Shown here: in pieces, positions 1-11,281 of the stretch | Layout: each line of letters starts with the position of its first letter | Numbering within the stretch: position 1 is the first letter of the stretch | NCBI GenBank assembly: GCA_002256025.1 | Contig: NKIB01000204.1 | Coordinates: forward strand, 1-34,569 | Direction: 5' to 3' | Length of the DNA stretch: 34,569 nt | From: Asterionella formosa | Taxonomy: Eukaryota | The notes under the pieces: generated by a model | What the model was told of the DNA's origin: nothing | The model's input: only the letters and a program-made list of their open reading frames with translations | The model's database searches: none | Translations under genes and position numbers: made by a program

Positions 1-47
1 GCCTTCCCCATGTGTGGAATTTCATAATTGTTGTCTCCATTCACCAG

Positions 48-135
48 CAAGAAGTGGTAATTTTGCTGAAACTTAAGATTTAGCTGTCTTTATCCCAGAT
101 TGAAATGTTAGTTTAAGCAAAATGACCGCAACTTG
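48..135. mobile_element. 88-bp MITE, copy 1 (PIF/Harbinger-like, CAG target-site duplication)
   Basis: ~28-bp TIRs (CAAG..GGTAATTTTGCTGAAACT / AGTTTAAGCAAAATGACCGCAACTTG). Flanked by direct CAG at 45-47 and 136-138, giving an empty site CACCAGGTA. Homologous to 8526-8601 and 27576-27663. Confidence 0.85.
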
Positions 136-647
136 CAGGTACCTGAATGCATGTACATAAATTATGAATTCTTATTTCGGAATTTAGTCCTCCAAATGTA
201 CATGGTAAGTATAGGTGATTTTTTAGTTTTATACATACTAGCTCCTCATCACTAGGCCTACATATGATGGTAGGTCTAGTAAAAAATCCCAAAAATATGA
301 GACAACCATACATACTTGGCTGTAGTGATAACACCGAGCAAACCACAGTGACAACCAATCAATGACAAGCAATAGGAACTTACATTTTCCAACAAGGACG
401 TTCCTGTGCTCATTCAACTTGTGTCAAAGCAAAACTTAAAACTTTCTGAATTGACACCTACTGGGAACTTTCTTCTCCTCCATTTATGAAATAACACAAG
501 AACGTAGATTGCGAAGAAATACCCAGTGTGTGGGTGCAAAATTTGGTAGTACTAAGTCGCTCACATTTTCTGGGGCTGTCTGAAACGATATTGCCGATGG
601 CTGCCACTGGATATCTCGTGAGATTCTATATACCCATTCAAATTTGT

Positions 648-2681
648 CTATCGCAAAATGGACCGGAATGGAGCAAGATCCTGCATTTGAATTCGATCTT
701 GATGTTCTTGACGCTCACGCTCACGACGTATTTCTTTGAGACGAGTAGCTAAATCAACCGGATGTAGCGTGAGTGCTACCCGTTGTTGCTGATTTCGCAA
801 TACGATCACCGTCAGTTCATTGCCAACAGCTGCAGAATCAATCAACCTTCGGGCATCATCTGATGATGTTACCTTTTTCCCTCCAATTTCAATCACGACG
901 TCCCCTTCTTGTAAACCTCCCAGCTGGGCAGGTGTACGGGGAAAGACCCTGGTGATGACCGAGCCTTGCACTTCAGCAATTGGACTCTTCTTGTTATCTT
1001 CGTTCCACTGCCGAGCGTATTCTGGTGTACATGTCGACATGGAGATACCAAGATAGCCGTGATGAACATGCTTGCCCTCAGACAAGTCTGCGATTATTTC
1101 GCGAACGCGATTGATCGGAATAGCAAAACTGGTTCCTTCCATGTTGGCTCGTATACAGGCATTGATCCCGATCACTTTTCCGGTTTCAACGTCGACTAAG
1201 GGACCACCTGAGTTGCCTAAATTAATCGCAGCGTCAGTTTGGATGTAATCCACTTTCTTATGGGGTATTCCAACGACAGTAGAAGAACGCTCGAGTCCGG
1301 ATACAATCCCCATTGTCACAGTATTATCCAGGCCTCCTGGAGTGCCGACTGCTATAACAATCTGACCCACCTCCAACTCATCACTGTCACCTAATTCTGC
1401 GACAGGCAAGTTCTTCAAAGAGGCGTTGTCCCTCTCGCCAGACACAATTTTCAATACAGCAATATCGACTATCTCGTCTGTTCCCTTGACTTCTGCTTTA
1501 AAGATTCTGCCATCGGTTAATGTTACTGATACCTTCGTTGCGTCCTCCACTACGTGTGCGTTGGTCAAAATGAGCCCGTCGGACGAAAAAATAAAGCCAG
1601 ATCCTTGCCCTTGCTGAATCCAAGCAGGAGGATGTGGAGTTACCATTTCTTCTTGCATGTGTGTTTCTGTATCAATCCTCAAGACCGAAGGGCCCACTTT
1701 TTGAACAGCGTGCTTCACGAATGAAAGCACCGACGCTCCCCACATAGGCACCAAAGTTTCACTCCTTATAGACGTTGATGAGTCTTCCGATAAACGGCTT
1801 GATGCAATTGATTCTTCAATTTGAGGTAGATTTCGCTGATGAATTTGAAGAAGGCCACTTGCACTCGATGTTATCCAGTCTTGAAGCATGCGATCGACTA
1901 TCGGGTACACAATGAAACCATATGCTATAGCAGCAACTGTAAATGAAGCCAAGGTAGCCCGTCGAATAAATGGCAATATACCACCTCCCTTCTTCTCTTG
2001 CACTTTTAGTGCGTTGCCAGAAAAACCAGTAGCGGGTTTCTTTCCTATTAATGGAGGCTTTGGGGTCAAAGGCGGTAAAGGCCGCACAATTCCGTCTTTC
2101 AACTGTTTCGGTCCACGAAAGAAAAAAGGTACGTTTCTTCGACGCTTATTATTTGTCTTTTCAAGAGGTGAATTCGGATATTCAATACCTTTAGTGTTAT
2201 TTTCCTCCGAAGTAGCAGGGCGTTCAAATAATTGTATGGTTTCATTGTCCATTTTAGAGTGGTCAGATTCAAAGTCATAGTTTTCCTCATTTTGTGTCAC
2301 GCTGTCATTGATTGCTTGGACAGTTGAATTGAAAGGTAATGCGATGAACAGACTTGCTTCAGTGTCGTTAGTCGATGTCAAGAAATTAGTTTTATAGTTT
2401 GTTTTATTCATTGTCGCGCCCACGTCAGCAGTCGCCTCCTTCCAGTCTCTCCTTCGCCACCAGATCCATTTGCGCTTCTTCGATTCTCTAGAATTCTCTT
2501 CTAAATTTGTTGTTTTCTTGAGGAAATGTGTTTCTAAGTAATAATCTCGCTTGGATAAAGTAGAAATAAAAGGGGATAGACTCGGTTGAAAGCTTACAAC
2601 GGATCTCGGACTGCATACAAGCAAGTGTATCAAAACAGTTTGAATACACTGACGGAGTGTCATCACTTGGCGTTTGCTCAT
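648..2681 (-). CDS. HtrA/DegP-family (S1C) serine protease with C-terminal PDZ domain and long N-terminal extension; probably plastid-targeted
   Basis: Uninterrupted 677-aa frame from ATG 2681 (alternative ATG 2663). Motifs GQGSGFI, LTNAHVV (His), DIAVLKI (Asp), IQTDAAINLGNSGGPL (Ser), and PDZ GYLGISM..GDVVIEIGG. The hydrophobic N-terminus followed by VVS-FQP resembles a diatom bipartite signal. TM-like segment ATLASFTVAAIAYGFIVYPIV. Confidence 0.92.
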   Translation of the reverse strand: MSKRQVMTLRQCIQTVLIHLLVCSPRSVVSFQPSLSPFISTLSKRDYYLETHFLKKTTNLEENSRESKKRKWIWWRRRDWKEATADVGATMNKTNYKTNFLTSTNDTEASLFIALPFNSTVQAINDSVTQNEENYDFESDHSKMDNETIQLFERPATSEENNTKGIEYPNSPLEKTNNKRRRNVPFFFRGPKQLKDGIVRPLPPLTPKPPLIGKKPATGFSGNALKVQEKKGGGILPFIRRATLASFTVAAIAYGFIVYPIVDRMLQDWITSSASGLLQIHQRNLPQIEESIASSRLSEDSSTSIRSETLVPMWGASVLSFVKHAVQKVGPSVLRIDTETHMQEEMVTPHPPAWIQQGQGSGFIFSSDGLILTNAHVVEDATKVSVTLTDGRIFKAEVKGTDEIVDIAVLKIVSGERDNASLKNLPVAELGDSDELEVGQIVIAVGTPGGLDNTVTMGIVSGLERSSTVVGIPHKKVDYIQTDAAINLGNSGGPLVDVETGKVIGINACIRANMEGTSFAIPINRVREIIADLSEGKHVHHGYLGISMSTCTPEYARQWNEDNKKSPIAEVQGSVITRVFPRTPAQLGGLQEGDVVIEIGGKKVTSSDDARRLIDSAAVGNELTVIVLRNQQQRVALTLHPVDLATRLKEIRRERERQEHQDRIQMQDLAPFRSILR

Positions 2682-2756
2682 CCTTTGACTTTCGCAATGT
2701 TCATTGAGTATCTTTTTATCCAACCTGCGATGGTCATCCCTTGATCCTTGAAATAA

Positions 2757-3170
2757 NNNNNNNNNNNNNNNNNNNNNNNNNNNNNNNNNNNNNNNNNNNN
2801 NNNNNNNNNNNNNNNNNNNNNNNNNNNNNNNNNNNNNNNNNNNNNNNNNNNNNNNNNNNNNNNNNNNNNNNNNNNNNNNNNNNNNNNNNNNNNNNNNNNN
2901 NNNNNNNNNNNNNNNNNNNNNNNNNNNNNNNNNNNNNNNNNNNNNNNNNNNNNNNNNNNNNNNNNNNNNNNNNNNNNNNNNNNNNNNNNNNNNNNNNNNN
3001 NNNNNNNNNNNNNNNNNNNNNNNNNNNNNNNNNNNNNNNNNNNNNNNNNNNNNNNNNNNNNNNNNNNNNNNNNNNNNNNNNNNNNNNNNNNNNNNNNNNN
3101 NNNNNNNNNNNNNNNNNNNNNNNNNNNNNNNNNNNNNNNNNNNNNNNNNNNNNNNNNNNNNNNNNNNNNN
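2757..3170. other. Assembly gap (414 N)
   Basis: Run of N. Confidence 1.
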
Positions 3171-3830
3171 ATAACCGCCAAACAATTGTCCCAATCCGTT
3201 CCTCCCACTCTGAAGTTGTTGTCATGCTCAACTGCTCTTACCACCTGATGCTGCAGCTCCCCAATGCACTAAGTCACGAATTGCATCATTCATCGCTGTG
3301 GATGTCAACTTCCTTGCCAGCAGCAGGATATCACTCAAGGAGAAAGTTCAGTGCGTCCTTCCTCCCTTTGGCACATACATGGTGCAAGGGATACCAGCCA
3401 GCTACGTTTGCTTTTGATGGCTAACAAGTCAGGATAAGTGTCCGCCATGTGCACCACAACAGGCATGTTCGCAGTCAAACATGCTTCCCCAAATGGAGTA
3501 CAGTGTTGATGAGACTTCATGTGGAGTACTTCTAGGCTCAAGGCGAGCAGCACCTTAACTTTCTCCAGGTCGGAACAAGCACACACCACATGCACAGGGG
3601 TGAGTCCTTTCTTGTCCAATTCAATCAGGATAGATAGATTCTTCATGGTCAGAATTTTCACCAATTCCGCTCGATCCATTAAGGCGGACGCAATATGTAA
3701 TGTGGTGTGACCATTTCCTCATTTGGTAGCCTTGGCCATCAAGGTCATTTTGTCCCAAGTCACGAGAAATTCAATCAGCTCCAATGCAGCATTTGACTTT
3801 ATCAGTGGATAGGTTCAATCGATTGCCTAC
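3171..3830 (-). pseudogene. Ankyrin-repeat protein remnant
   Basis: Successive ankyrin-like units: ALELIEFLV..*GNGHTTLHIA, GLTPVHVVC, CTPFGEAC and a frameshifted GWYPLHHVC. Contains an in-frame stop and a frameshift, and runs into the gap. Confidence 0.7.
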
Positions 3831-4149
3831 TGGAGAAGGGCAAGCAAAGCCTGTACTTGGTGTTTTGTCTGCCAGAAAAATGCGTGGCATTGCATCAGCC
3901 CAATACCAAACAGATCCAAAATTTGCTAAATCCATTGTCATTGACAATTCCTGCAAAGACATCCAAGTTCGCTTCATTTCTCATACCTTCTTGTTATTTC
4001 AACATATTTCTTTGAGCAATTGATAAAGTTAAATTCCTCTCCTGAAGTTAAAGCAGAAGAAAGGAACTATTTCTTGAGAGAAAAATCACAGCATCAAATG
4101 ATAAAGAACTCAAAAAACGATGTGATAGCTGTACAGTGACTTGGTATGC

Positions 4150-4841
4150 AATGACACTTAACAACAATGCGATTTCGATAAGGAAGGATGTTTTGAGTAC
4201 TGAGATTACCAAAATGTTTTAGTGAACAACTAGTGACATTAAGCAAAATGCTATTCAAAGGTAGAAATGGCACAGTATTCACATTTGTCAAAGCTCCTGA
4301 TTGGGATTTGGATCTCTTTCTATGTTCTATTAGTTGTAAAATAAAATATGTCCCCTTACTTCTAATTCATCTAGGTTTTTTCATCCAATTCGACATTTTA
4401 TTAATAATCTTCATCAAATTCAAAGTTTTTACTGTTGTCATGACAATTAGAGCACATTGCTCCTTCCCTGTATCCTTTAAAACAGCCTTCAAATTGATTG
4501 CCTGATGCTTTAATGCCACTAAGTGGTTGAAATTTTTCTAAGCAAATGATACAATGATGATTCAGGTGAATGGTGCCCCCAACCCCCCAACACACACACA
4601 AGACACAGACTGGCTGGCTGGTTGTCATCAATGTTGAATTGCATAAATTATCAACTTTGGCTACTTCAATTGCTTCAGTACTGGTTCCAAATGTAGTTTG
4701 TGAGACATGATCATTGTGTGCATGTGTTTTAGCTAGCAATACAACTGCAACTGCAGGTTTGATGACAGTTTTTGACTCACCTGCAGGAATGATGTAAGTG
4801 GTTGATGGTGAAGATGTCAAACCTTTATCAGAAATTTTCAA
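4150..4841 (-). pseudogene. Degraded Cys/His-rich (zinc-finger-like) ORF, probably transposon-derived
   Basis: ORF 4401-4841 has CVLCVC..HHCIIC..CSNC. A downstream broken frame reads KCEYC...SKSH. It lies just inside the CACTA-like end at 5424. Confidence 0.4.
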
Positions 4842-4931
4842 TGCTAGATAATCGAATTATGTTTTCAGATGCTGCTCAATGTTGGTTATGTTAAAAAATG
4901 TCATATTCAAACTACAAAGAAGACGAAAGTA

Positions 4932-5424
4932 CCCTGAATTGGCAATTTTTGGTACGTTTTCAACTGGTTTTCGTCCTCCAAATCCAGGCATTCCTTGTAT
5001 TGGGCGTCACAACATTTTCCAATAAAAGATATTGGTCATTTGATATTTTTTCCAATAGAAGGTTCACCTTGTATTTGCGAAAGGTCGGTACGCCAAGTCC
5101 AAATACAAAGTGGAAACATATCCGGGTGTCACTCCAATTCAAGGTGTTCCTTTATTTGCAATGAGAATATCATCCAATACAAGGCCTTCCCTGTATCGGG
5201 CTCTGTTTATTTCCTAATACAAGGCGGAGATATTTTGTAATTAACGGTTGCCCCTGTATTTGGTTTTGGCTGGTGTACCATGTCATGTCCCAATACAAGA
5301 AGGTGAAAATATTTTCCAATTCAAGGTAGCCCCTTTATTGGGTTTAGGTGGTACAAGGTCATAAGTCCCAATACAAGTAACAATATTTTGCAATTTAAGG
5401 TTGATCTTGTATTGGTCTATAGTG
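4932..5424 (-). repeat. CACTA-like transposon end: array of ~19 CCAATACAAGG-like motifs in both orientations, ending in a CACTATAG terminus
   Basis: Exact CCTTGTATTGG at 4993 and CCAATACAAGG at 5174, with many variants. The array ends ...TATTGGTCTATAGTG at 5424, which reads CACTATAGACCAATACAAG on the minus strand. Confidence 0.7.
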
Positions 5425-6173
5425 TTAGTAAAGTATATAAACGATGTCATAAATTATGATGCATATTGATAAAACGGTTTTTTATTTATATGATCATTCA
5501 GTAATGTATACTTTCAACATTTCAAAAACTTTTTGGCTGTGTCTCTGCTATGCATATTGATCATATACAACTGTTACTTTGTGTTTCATATCATTATTCA
5601 GTAATGTATAGCTTCAAATTTTTAATATGTCTGGCTGGCTATGATATATTCTTGCTCAAATTATTTCGTACTGACTATTTATAATACTAGCATAGCGTAT
5701 ATATACCGGGAAATCATCACTGAGTCGACGCTATTTATAGTGAGATCACAAAAATAATACTACCAAGTTATATTTCTTATCCTTTACAAAGATGTGCGGA
5801 AAACATTGTCTCAGTGTTTCACTCATCTCCAGCCACCAGTTGAACATGGAATTCTCATAATATTAGGTAAGGTGCCATGCTTAAGGAATCGAAATTGTTT
5901 AATGCCATAGCATGTAGGTCCTGCAGCTTTCTTGGACATACCAAAAAATTGCCAGTGCATTATTTCTCACCTTTCATCGTGATTCTGTTCATTTCAGGAG
6001 TGCTACAGAAAACAATCCCTGTCTCAATGCTCCTTTCGATGCAATTGAAGGATCAGTGAATTGTTGAGTGATAGGAAAGGAAACAGTCAGCTCCGGTTAT
6101 TTCATGCAAAATGATTTAAGTAGTCCAAAGTGTTGAAGGGTTTTTTGTTGTTGTATTGTTTGTGCATGCAATT

Positions 6174-7130
6174 TCTGAGTATGGGAGATAACGAAGCTTT
6201 AGCTTAGTACTCCCCAGTATCAAAGGCAGCCTAAATTTCTAGTCACGCCTTTGAGGCTCGAAAACTCGGACTTGCAGGGAGGGTGCGATGGAAAAGAAAG
6301 AAATAAGTTTGAGGAACCAGAAGGAAACATCATGACTACAATTGGATCTTTGCGACCTGATAAACATAAATTTACGAGCGCAAGACAAGAAAGTGGGCAC
6401 TGGATGTGAATAATTTCGACTGCTGTCTTTGGCTTGAGTAGCCGACCTGAGCTATTGCTCCAGCAATGCTTCATCATGACTCGGGACATTCGGTCGACTC
6501 ACAGAAGTATGTTCACACACCTGTAGTACAGTTGGTTCAAATTGGTCATCTTGCAAGAATCGTGAATTCATGGGAATTCAAATCAATTGACTTCAATCCT
6601 CACGCTTGTACAAACAGGACAAAGTATAGAGCAGTACGGTAATTTGTACTAGACTAGTAGAAATTGGCTAGTAAGAGGAGGCAAAAGCTATATCTGAGCA
6701 TGGGAGAAAACGAAGATTTAGCTTATTACTAACCAATATCAAAGGCAGGCTAAATTTCTAGTCGCTCGTCGCCCCATTGAGACTCAAAAACTTGTCCATG
6801 TAATAATGCGGGCAAGCAATATGTTCGAGTTTAGGGAGGACTCAATGCTGGGTGATGGTACCAGGGATGGTGTATGCATCATACAAGCACTGGCAGCTGT
6901 CCCAAGTAAGCGTAGCATGATGGTTGGCCGCTTAGTGATATTTGTGTGTGTGATGGGGTATGGCGTGGTTCGAAGGTAAATAGTTGATTGCACCATAGGA
7001 TTATCGCAACATGAGTATCTGTGGTTGAACCAAATCCCCTCCAGCCTTCGTGATGGCCTTTAAAACATATGCATGTGTGCATGGTATCTAAATGGAGAAA
7101 GTGTTTGTATTCTTTCTACCAAGGTGTATA
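6174..7130 (-). mobile_element. Possible 3' end of a Ngaro-like tyrosine-recombinase retroelement (split direct repeats)
   Basis: Direct repeats at 6174-6244 and 6693-6763 (63/71 identical, weakly extending to 6276/6802), starts 519 bp apart. They lie downstream of a minus-strand IYLRTTPY remnant (~6960-6980) resembling the catalytic-Tyr end of a YR. The protein evidence is weak. Confidence 0.4.
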
Positions 7131-8525
7131 CGATGCATATGGTGGTGGGTATGATTTCTCAACCAATACGTAACCACATGTATGAGGCAGGTGTGTGCCT
7201 TGGTATATCATACCGGAGTTAGAAATCAACTCGGTGAGTAGTATGAGTACGGAGTACAATTTACGATTTTAATATTCTATTGACAATCTTAGTAGTTTCA
7301 CTTGTGTGTTTTCTAAAAGAGTGAGCTTAAACTAAAAGTAATTTTGAAATGTAGTTTCGATTGAAACATGGCAACTCCTACATGTCTCTGAAATGAATTT
7401 GTTCTTTGTTCCTTGGAGGCGAGGTTCTTCGTAGTTCCTACAGCTGTAGCAGAGTAGATTACATCCTCTTCCTTGTAACAATATATATCCATCTAGCCTA
7501 GATAGATTCTAGGACATAGATGTTCCTCTACTGAGATGCTTCTTTCAGGTATCTGCAATATGATGATTGGATTGTTCCTCAATCCTTTAATAGGATGAAT
7601 CGATTGTTCTTCAATCCTTTAGACAGAACTGATTTGTCTCTCCAATTTTTGTTTGCCAAACATAGGGAAAACTTGATAGAATTCGCCCTTCAACATTGTT
7701 CTATCAAATGTCTGAAGGTTATCAACCTTGGTATCTAATTGTGCGTTGTTCCATCAAACACAACGACTAGTAGGGAAATGTTGTCTTCACGCAAAGTGGA
7801 GACCTAACTGGGAATCAGGAATCAAGAATTCTTCTGTGTTTCAACTACCAGTAGCAAAGTATGTATATCAAATATTAGATACATATCTTTTGTCAATAAA
7901 ATATATCATATTTATAAGATCATGGGTATCGTACAATATGTGATACAGAATTTTGTTGTCAGCATAGCCTTTTTTGATATACTCCAGTATGTATGATAAA
8001 TGTACAGAATACTACTGTTCTTATGTCACAAAACTTGGCCATAAAATCCAGCAAACTGGAAAAATCGGTTGGTGATAAGCAGCCCCGCCTTGGCGCCTAT
8101 TTCCAACGTCAGCCATCTTGCTCCCCATTTCCCGCTCCTCTTTCGCTCCGACGACCGCAACTCTCTCTACTACAATCTCCATGCCTCTTAAACAGCTGCA
8201 ACGGCACACAACGTAAAAAAGACGCTCCTCCAACTTCATGGCCTTAGTTACAAGATCCTCTCAATAACCCTCCGGAAGTTCCTGTTGCAAAAAATCTACT
8301 GCCTCTAGTAATGTTCCTGTCCTGGAACCCCTGCTACTAGCTGGCTCGCTCCCCCGCTATATCTCCGATCCCACCTCAACTTCCGCTGCAGGCTTCCAAC
8401 AAATCTGGCTGTTTTTTTCAACATGGTGCTAGTTGATTGCTAGTTCACTACTGTAGATTTTACTACGGTCATATAAAATTGCACTGGAGGTTGCATTTTT
8501 GCATATACCATGATCCTGGTACCTG

Positions 8526-8601
8526 CAATTCTGCTGAAACTAAATATTTAGCTATTTTATTCCATATTAAATTGTTTTTTAACCACAATGACTGCAACTT
8601 G
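8526..8601. mobile_element. MITE copy 2 (76 bp, deletion in left TIR; CTG TSD)
   Basis: Homologous to 48-135 and 27576-27663. CTG at 8523-8525 and 8602-8604, giving an empty site TACCTGGTG. Confidence 0.8.
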
Positions 8602-8613
8602 CTGGTGCCCTGG

Positions 8614-8961
8614 TGAGCAATCCTGCTCAACAACACATAGGGTTCGGGTTACATAGATTATATCAGAACTATATCAGGAAAGAACTTGACCAACACCTAT
8701 TGAATACTTAGTGTCAACCTAGGGGAATGAGTTGCACACAAGGATTCACTTAATACTACTACTTCTAGTTAGAAACAGAACTCCATTAGGAGAGAACTTG
8801 AAAGGTTTTTCCTTACATTATATCAAAACTCTATGAGGAGAGAACGTAACAAACACATATTAAATACTTTAATGTCAACCTAGGAGAACAAGTTGCACAC
8901 TTGGATTAACTAATAAGCTCATACAATAAACAAATACTAATACTTCTAGTTAGATACTTCA
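8614..8961 (+). mobile_element. Solo LTR of the Gypsy family (with internal duplication), CCTGG TSD
   Basis: Begins TGAGCAATCC and ends GATACTTCA (TG..CA). CCTGG at 8609-8613 and 8962-8966. Homologous to 14008-14203 and to the LTR at 33237-33400. Confidence 0.85.
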
Positions 8962-9279
8962 CCTGGTAGTACTCCCTCTACTTTGGTATAGTTGTAACAC
9001 TCTCAGCAAATAACCTGGCTCAATCCACGTCATTCAAAAAAGCCCTCTGTAAGATTGAACATACATTTTCTACACAAGACAAGCAATGCAGGCTACTGGT
9101 GCTGGTTAGATTTGTATATTAAGGCAAGTATATTGCTAAATAGCGACACATGTAGATCATTTAGGGCTATTGAATTTACCTGAATTTTGCTAGCCAGCAT
9201 AGTTGTTTTACTCTACATGGATTGGTATACGATATTCAAGATTGGCTTAGAACAAATTTAACAAACAAGAGTAAAAATG

Positions 9280-9736
9280 CCTCTCTATATTTTTCCAGGA
9301 CATTGATTTGTAGGATCCACTATCTTCGTTGGTGAATGATTTGAGCACGCACTTCCAGATACATTAAAATTGTGATTCTACTGACACCAAAGGAATTGTT
9401 CAGCCAACTGAAGGTGAACACATGTTGTCCCTTTCGAGGTTGCAAAGTGAGCAATCAACAATGCATTGTCGCTGTTCTGATGTTAAATCCCTCTTCTTAT
9501 GCCTGTTGACTAACGAAGGTTCAACAAAAAAAAGGGGGGGGGNNNNNNNNNNCCCCCACCCCTCCACCCTCCCCCCCCCCCCCCCCCCCCCCCCCCCCAG
9601 AGCAAACATTTCAATCGAAGCATGATTTTACAAAAAAGCGCAAAAAACCCTAAGTCAGGTTCACCTAATTCTAGACTACTTAGAACATCTATTATGTCAA
9701 CCAATATGTTCGGAATAATTTTTAAATTGGAGGGGC
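9280..9736 (-). mobile_element. 5' fragment of a Tc1/mariner element (resembles the plant/stramenopile DD39D-type N-terminus)
   Basis: TIR GCCCCTCCAATTTAAAAATTATTCCGAA (9709-9736, minus) abuts TA. Broken minus-strand translation KKRDLTSEQRQCIV..FGVSRITI..IWK resembles the mariner HTH region. No catalytic domain is present. Confidence 0.65.
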
Positions 9737-11281
9737 TACTAGACGGAGAATTATTGGAGGTTGTGCTTCATGTGAGGCAGTGACCTAATGGGAGGTTGCA
9801 ACTATAACGGAACAGAGGCAGTACCTGGTACCTCATACGGAGTACCTGAGGAAGCAGTGTGGCATACTTGGACGGAAGCTTGGTATGCTGACTATGAATG
9901 CTTTGGGTGAGACGATCAGCGAATCGCTTGTGCAAAAATATTTACTAGATTTCACAAAGCTCGCATCATTGCACATAAAGTAAAAAGTTCAACAACGGAA
10001 GTGACGTAACAGAGCCACGAATTTGATTGGGCAAAGCAAACGACGAACACAGAGTTGTTACAGTTCCACAGTTGAAGGACAATTCAGTCCCGAGTCTTGC
10101 TTACCTGAAGGGCCAGAGTGTTTCGGATGGTACGACATAATCATAATCCATTTATCGTAGAGTAATCACTACTGTGACTTGCGCAATAGTTAGTCGACCG
10201 GGGTAACTCTTTTTAATGTCCTGAACGTGCAAACTAACAGGTAACTGATGCTACTTTCAAATTTACTTATTGATTCATGTCCTAGTACATGAATGTACGT
10301 TGTCACTCAGTGCCCCCTGGGGAAGTTTCGGTAAATGAGCAATTTTCTTTGCTTCCTCATTAGTGAGAACCGTCTTTTCTGCAATTTCCTCTGTTGGCAA
10401 CGCGTGAAATTAGGGGTACACGTAGAAACTATGATATTTAAACCAAAGACCATCCAAACGGTTGCTCGTGATCAATACCAAGTACCATTGTATCTATTGG
10501 ATGGCCACCTGGCAGCAGCTACGCTGATCCCGCACCTTCGTCTTTTGTTGTCGTTTAACAAATTTCTTTGGTATCCATGCAACCAATCAAATCGAATCGA
10601 GTATCGAGAACGGATGTTTCAGATTTCTCCCAATATACGTACTTCATCATGCGACAGTTCGAATGAACTTGCGCGGTATAACCAAGACTTTTAAGCGACG
10701 CCGTTTCGATCGGCCCTTTGTATGCGCCAATGAAAAGTGGTGTGTTAGTCCAATGAGGGAAATTGCTCCTCCGTAGTATCACGTTAAATGAATCGTTGCT
10801 TTGAAATTAGTGCTGTAGATTGGACCGCTACTCGTAATGAGAAAAGACGGTCAATAGGATTTCGAGTGACTCGGACGACTTTTCTGCAAGGGCAGGTAGC
10901 CAATATTGCATACGGTTCGGTACATGGTCCACCTGTACCAGCTTCACTGAAAAAATGTTTGTTGAAATGACCATTCGAGATCGGTTACAAGCTGTACTGA
11001 TTCCTCATCTTCAAGAAACATTCGCAGATACCCAAGCAATTACTGTCAGCGCCCTGGACACTTTCACTTGCAAAATCGCACATAAATCCCGGTTCTGCTC
11101 TCTAAGTTTAACCATTAGTAAGTCTCCCGTATCTATTGAAACGTAATCACAATAGCATAGTGTCCGCCATGACCATCGGCCTCTTCACTCTCATCCAGTA
11201 CAAAGTCCCTCTTTCTAACCGATCTCTTGCTTTTCCTCAGCTATTACCAAATCTTGGAAGCTATCATTCGTCAGTGAAAAA

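Noticed and set aside
648..2681. Bacterial origin or contamination suggested by the intronless HtrA and Dcm-like CCWGG sites
   Set aside because: The context is eukaryotic (HMG box, LTR, LINE and DNA transposons), with no operons and no methyltransferase gene in the window.
648..3194. 848-aa ORF from the ORF track, and other X-filled ORFs at 2678-3424
   Set aside because: These read through 414 N. The plausible start is ATG 2681 or 2663.
4932..5424. CRISPR-like array
   Set aside because: The motifs are 11 bp, degenerate and in both orientations, the spacers resemble one another, and there are no cas genes.
5425..5742. Second CACTA-like end (CACTATAAAT on the minus strand at 5742); likewise CACTACGAC at 27840
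   Set aside because: No partner terminus or TSD was found, so these are too short to call.
9534..9598. Poly-G/poly-C tract as a G-quadruplex/hairpin or Gly/Pro-rich ORF
   Set aside because: It straddles a 10-N gap, so it is probably low-quality sequence.
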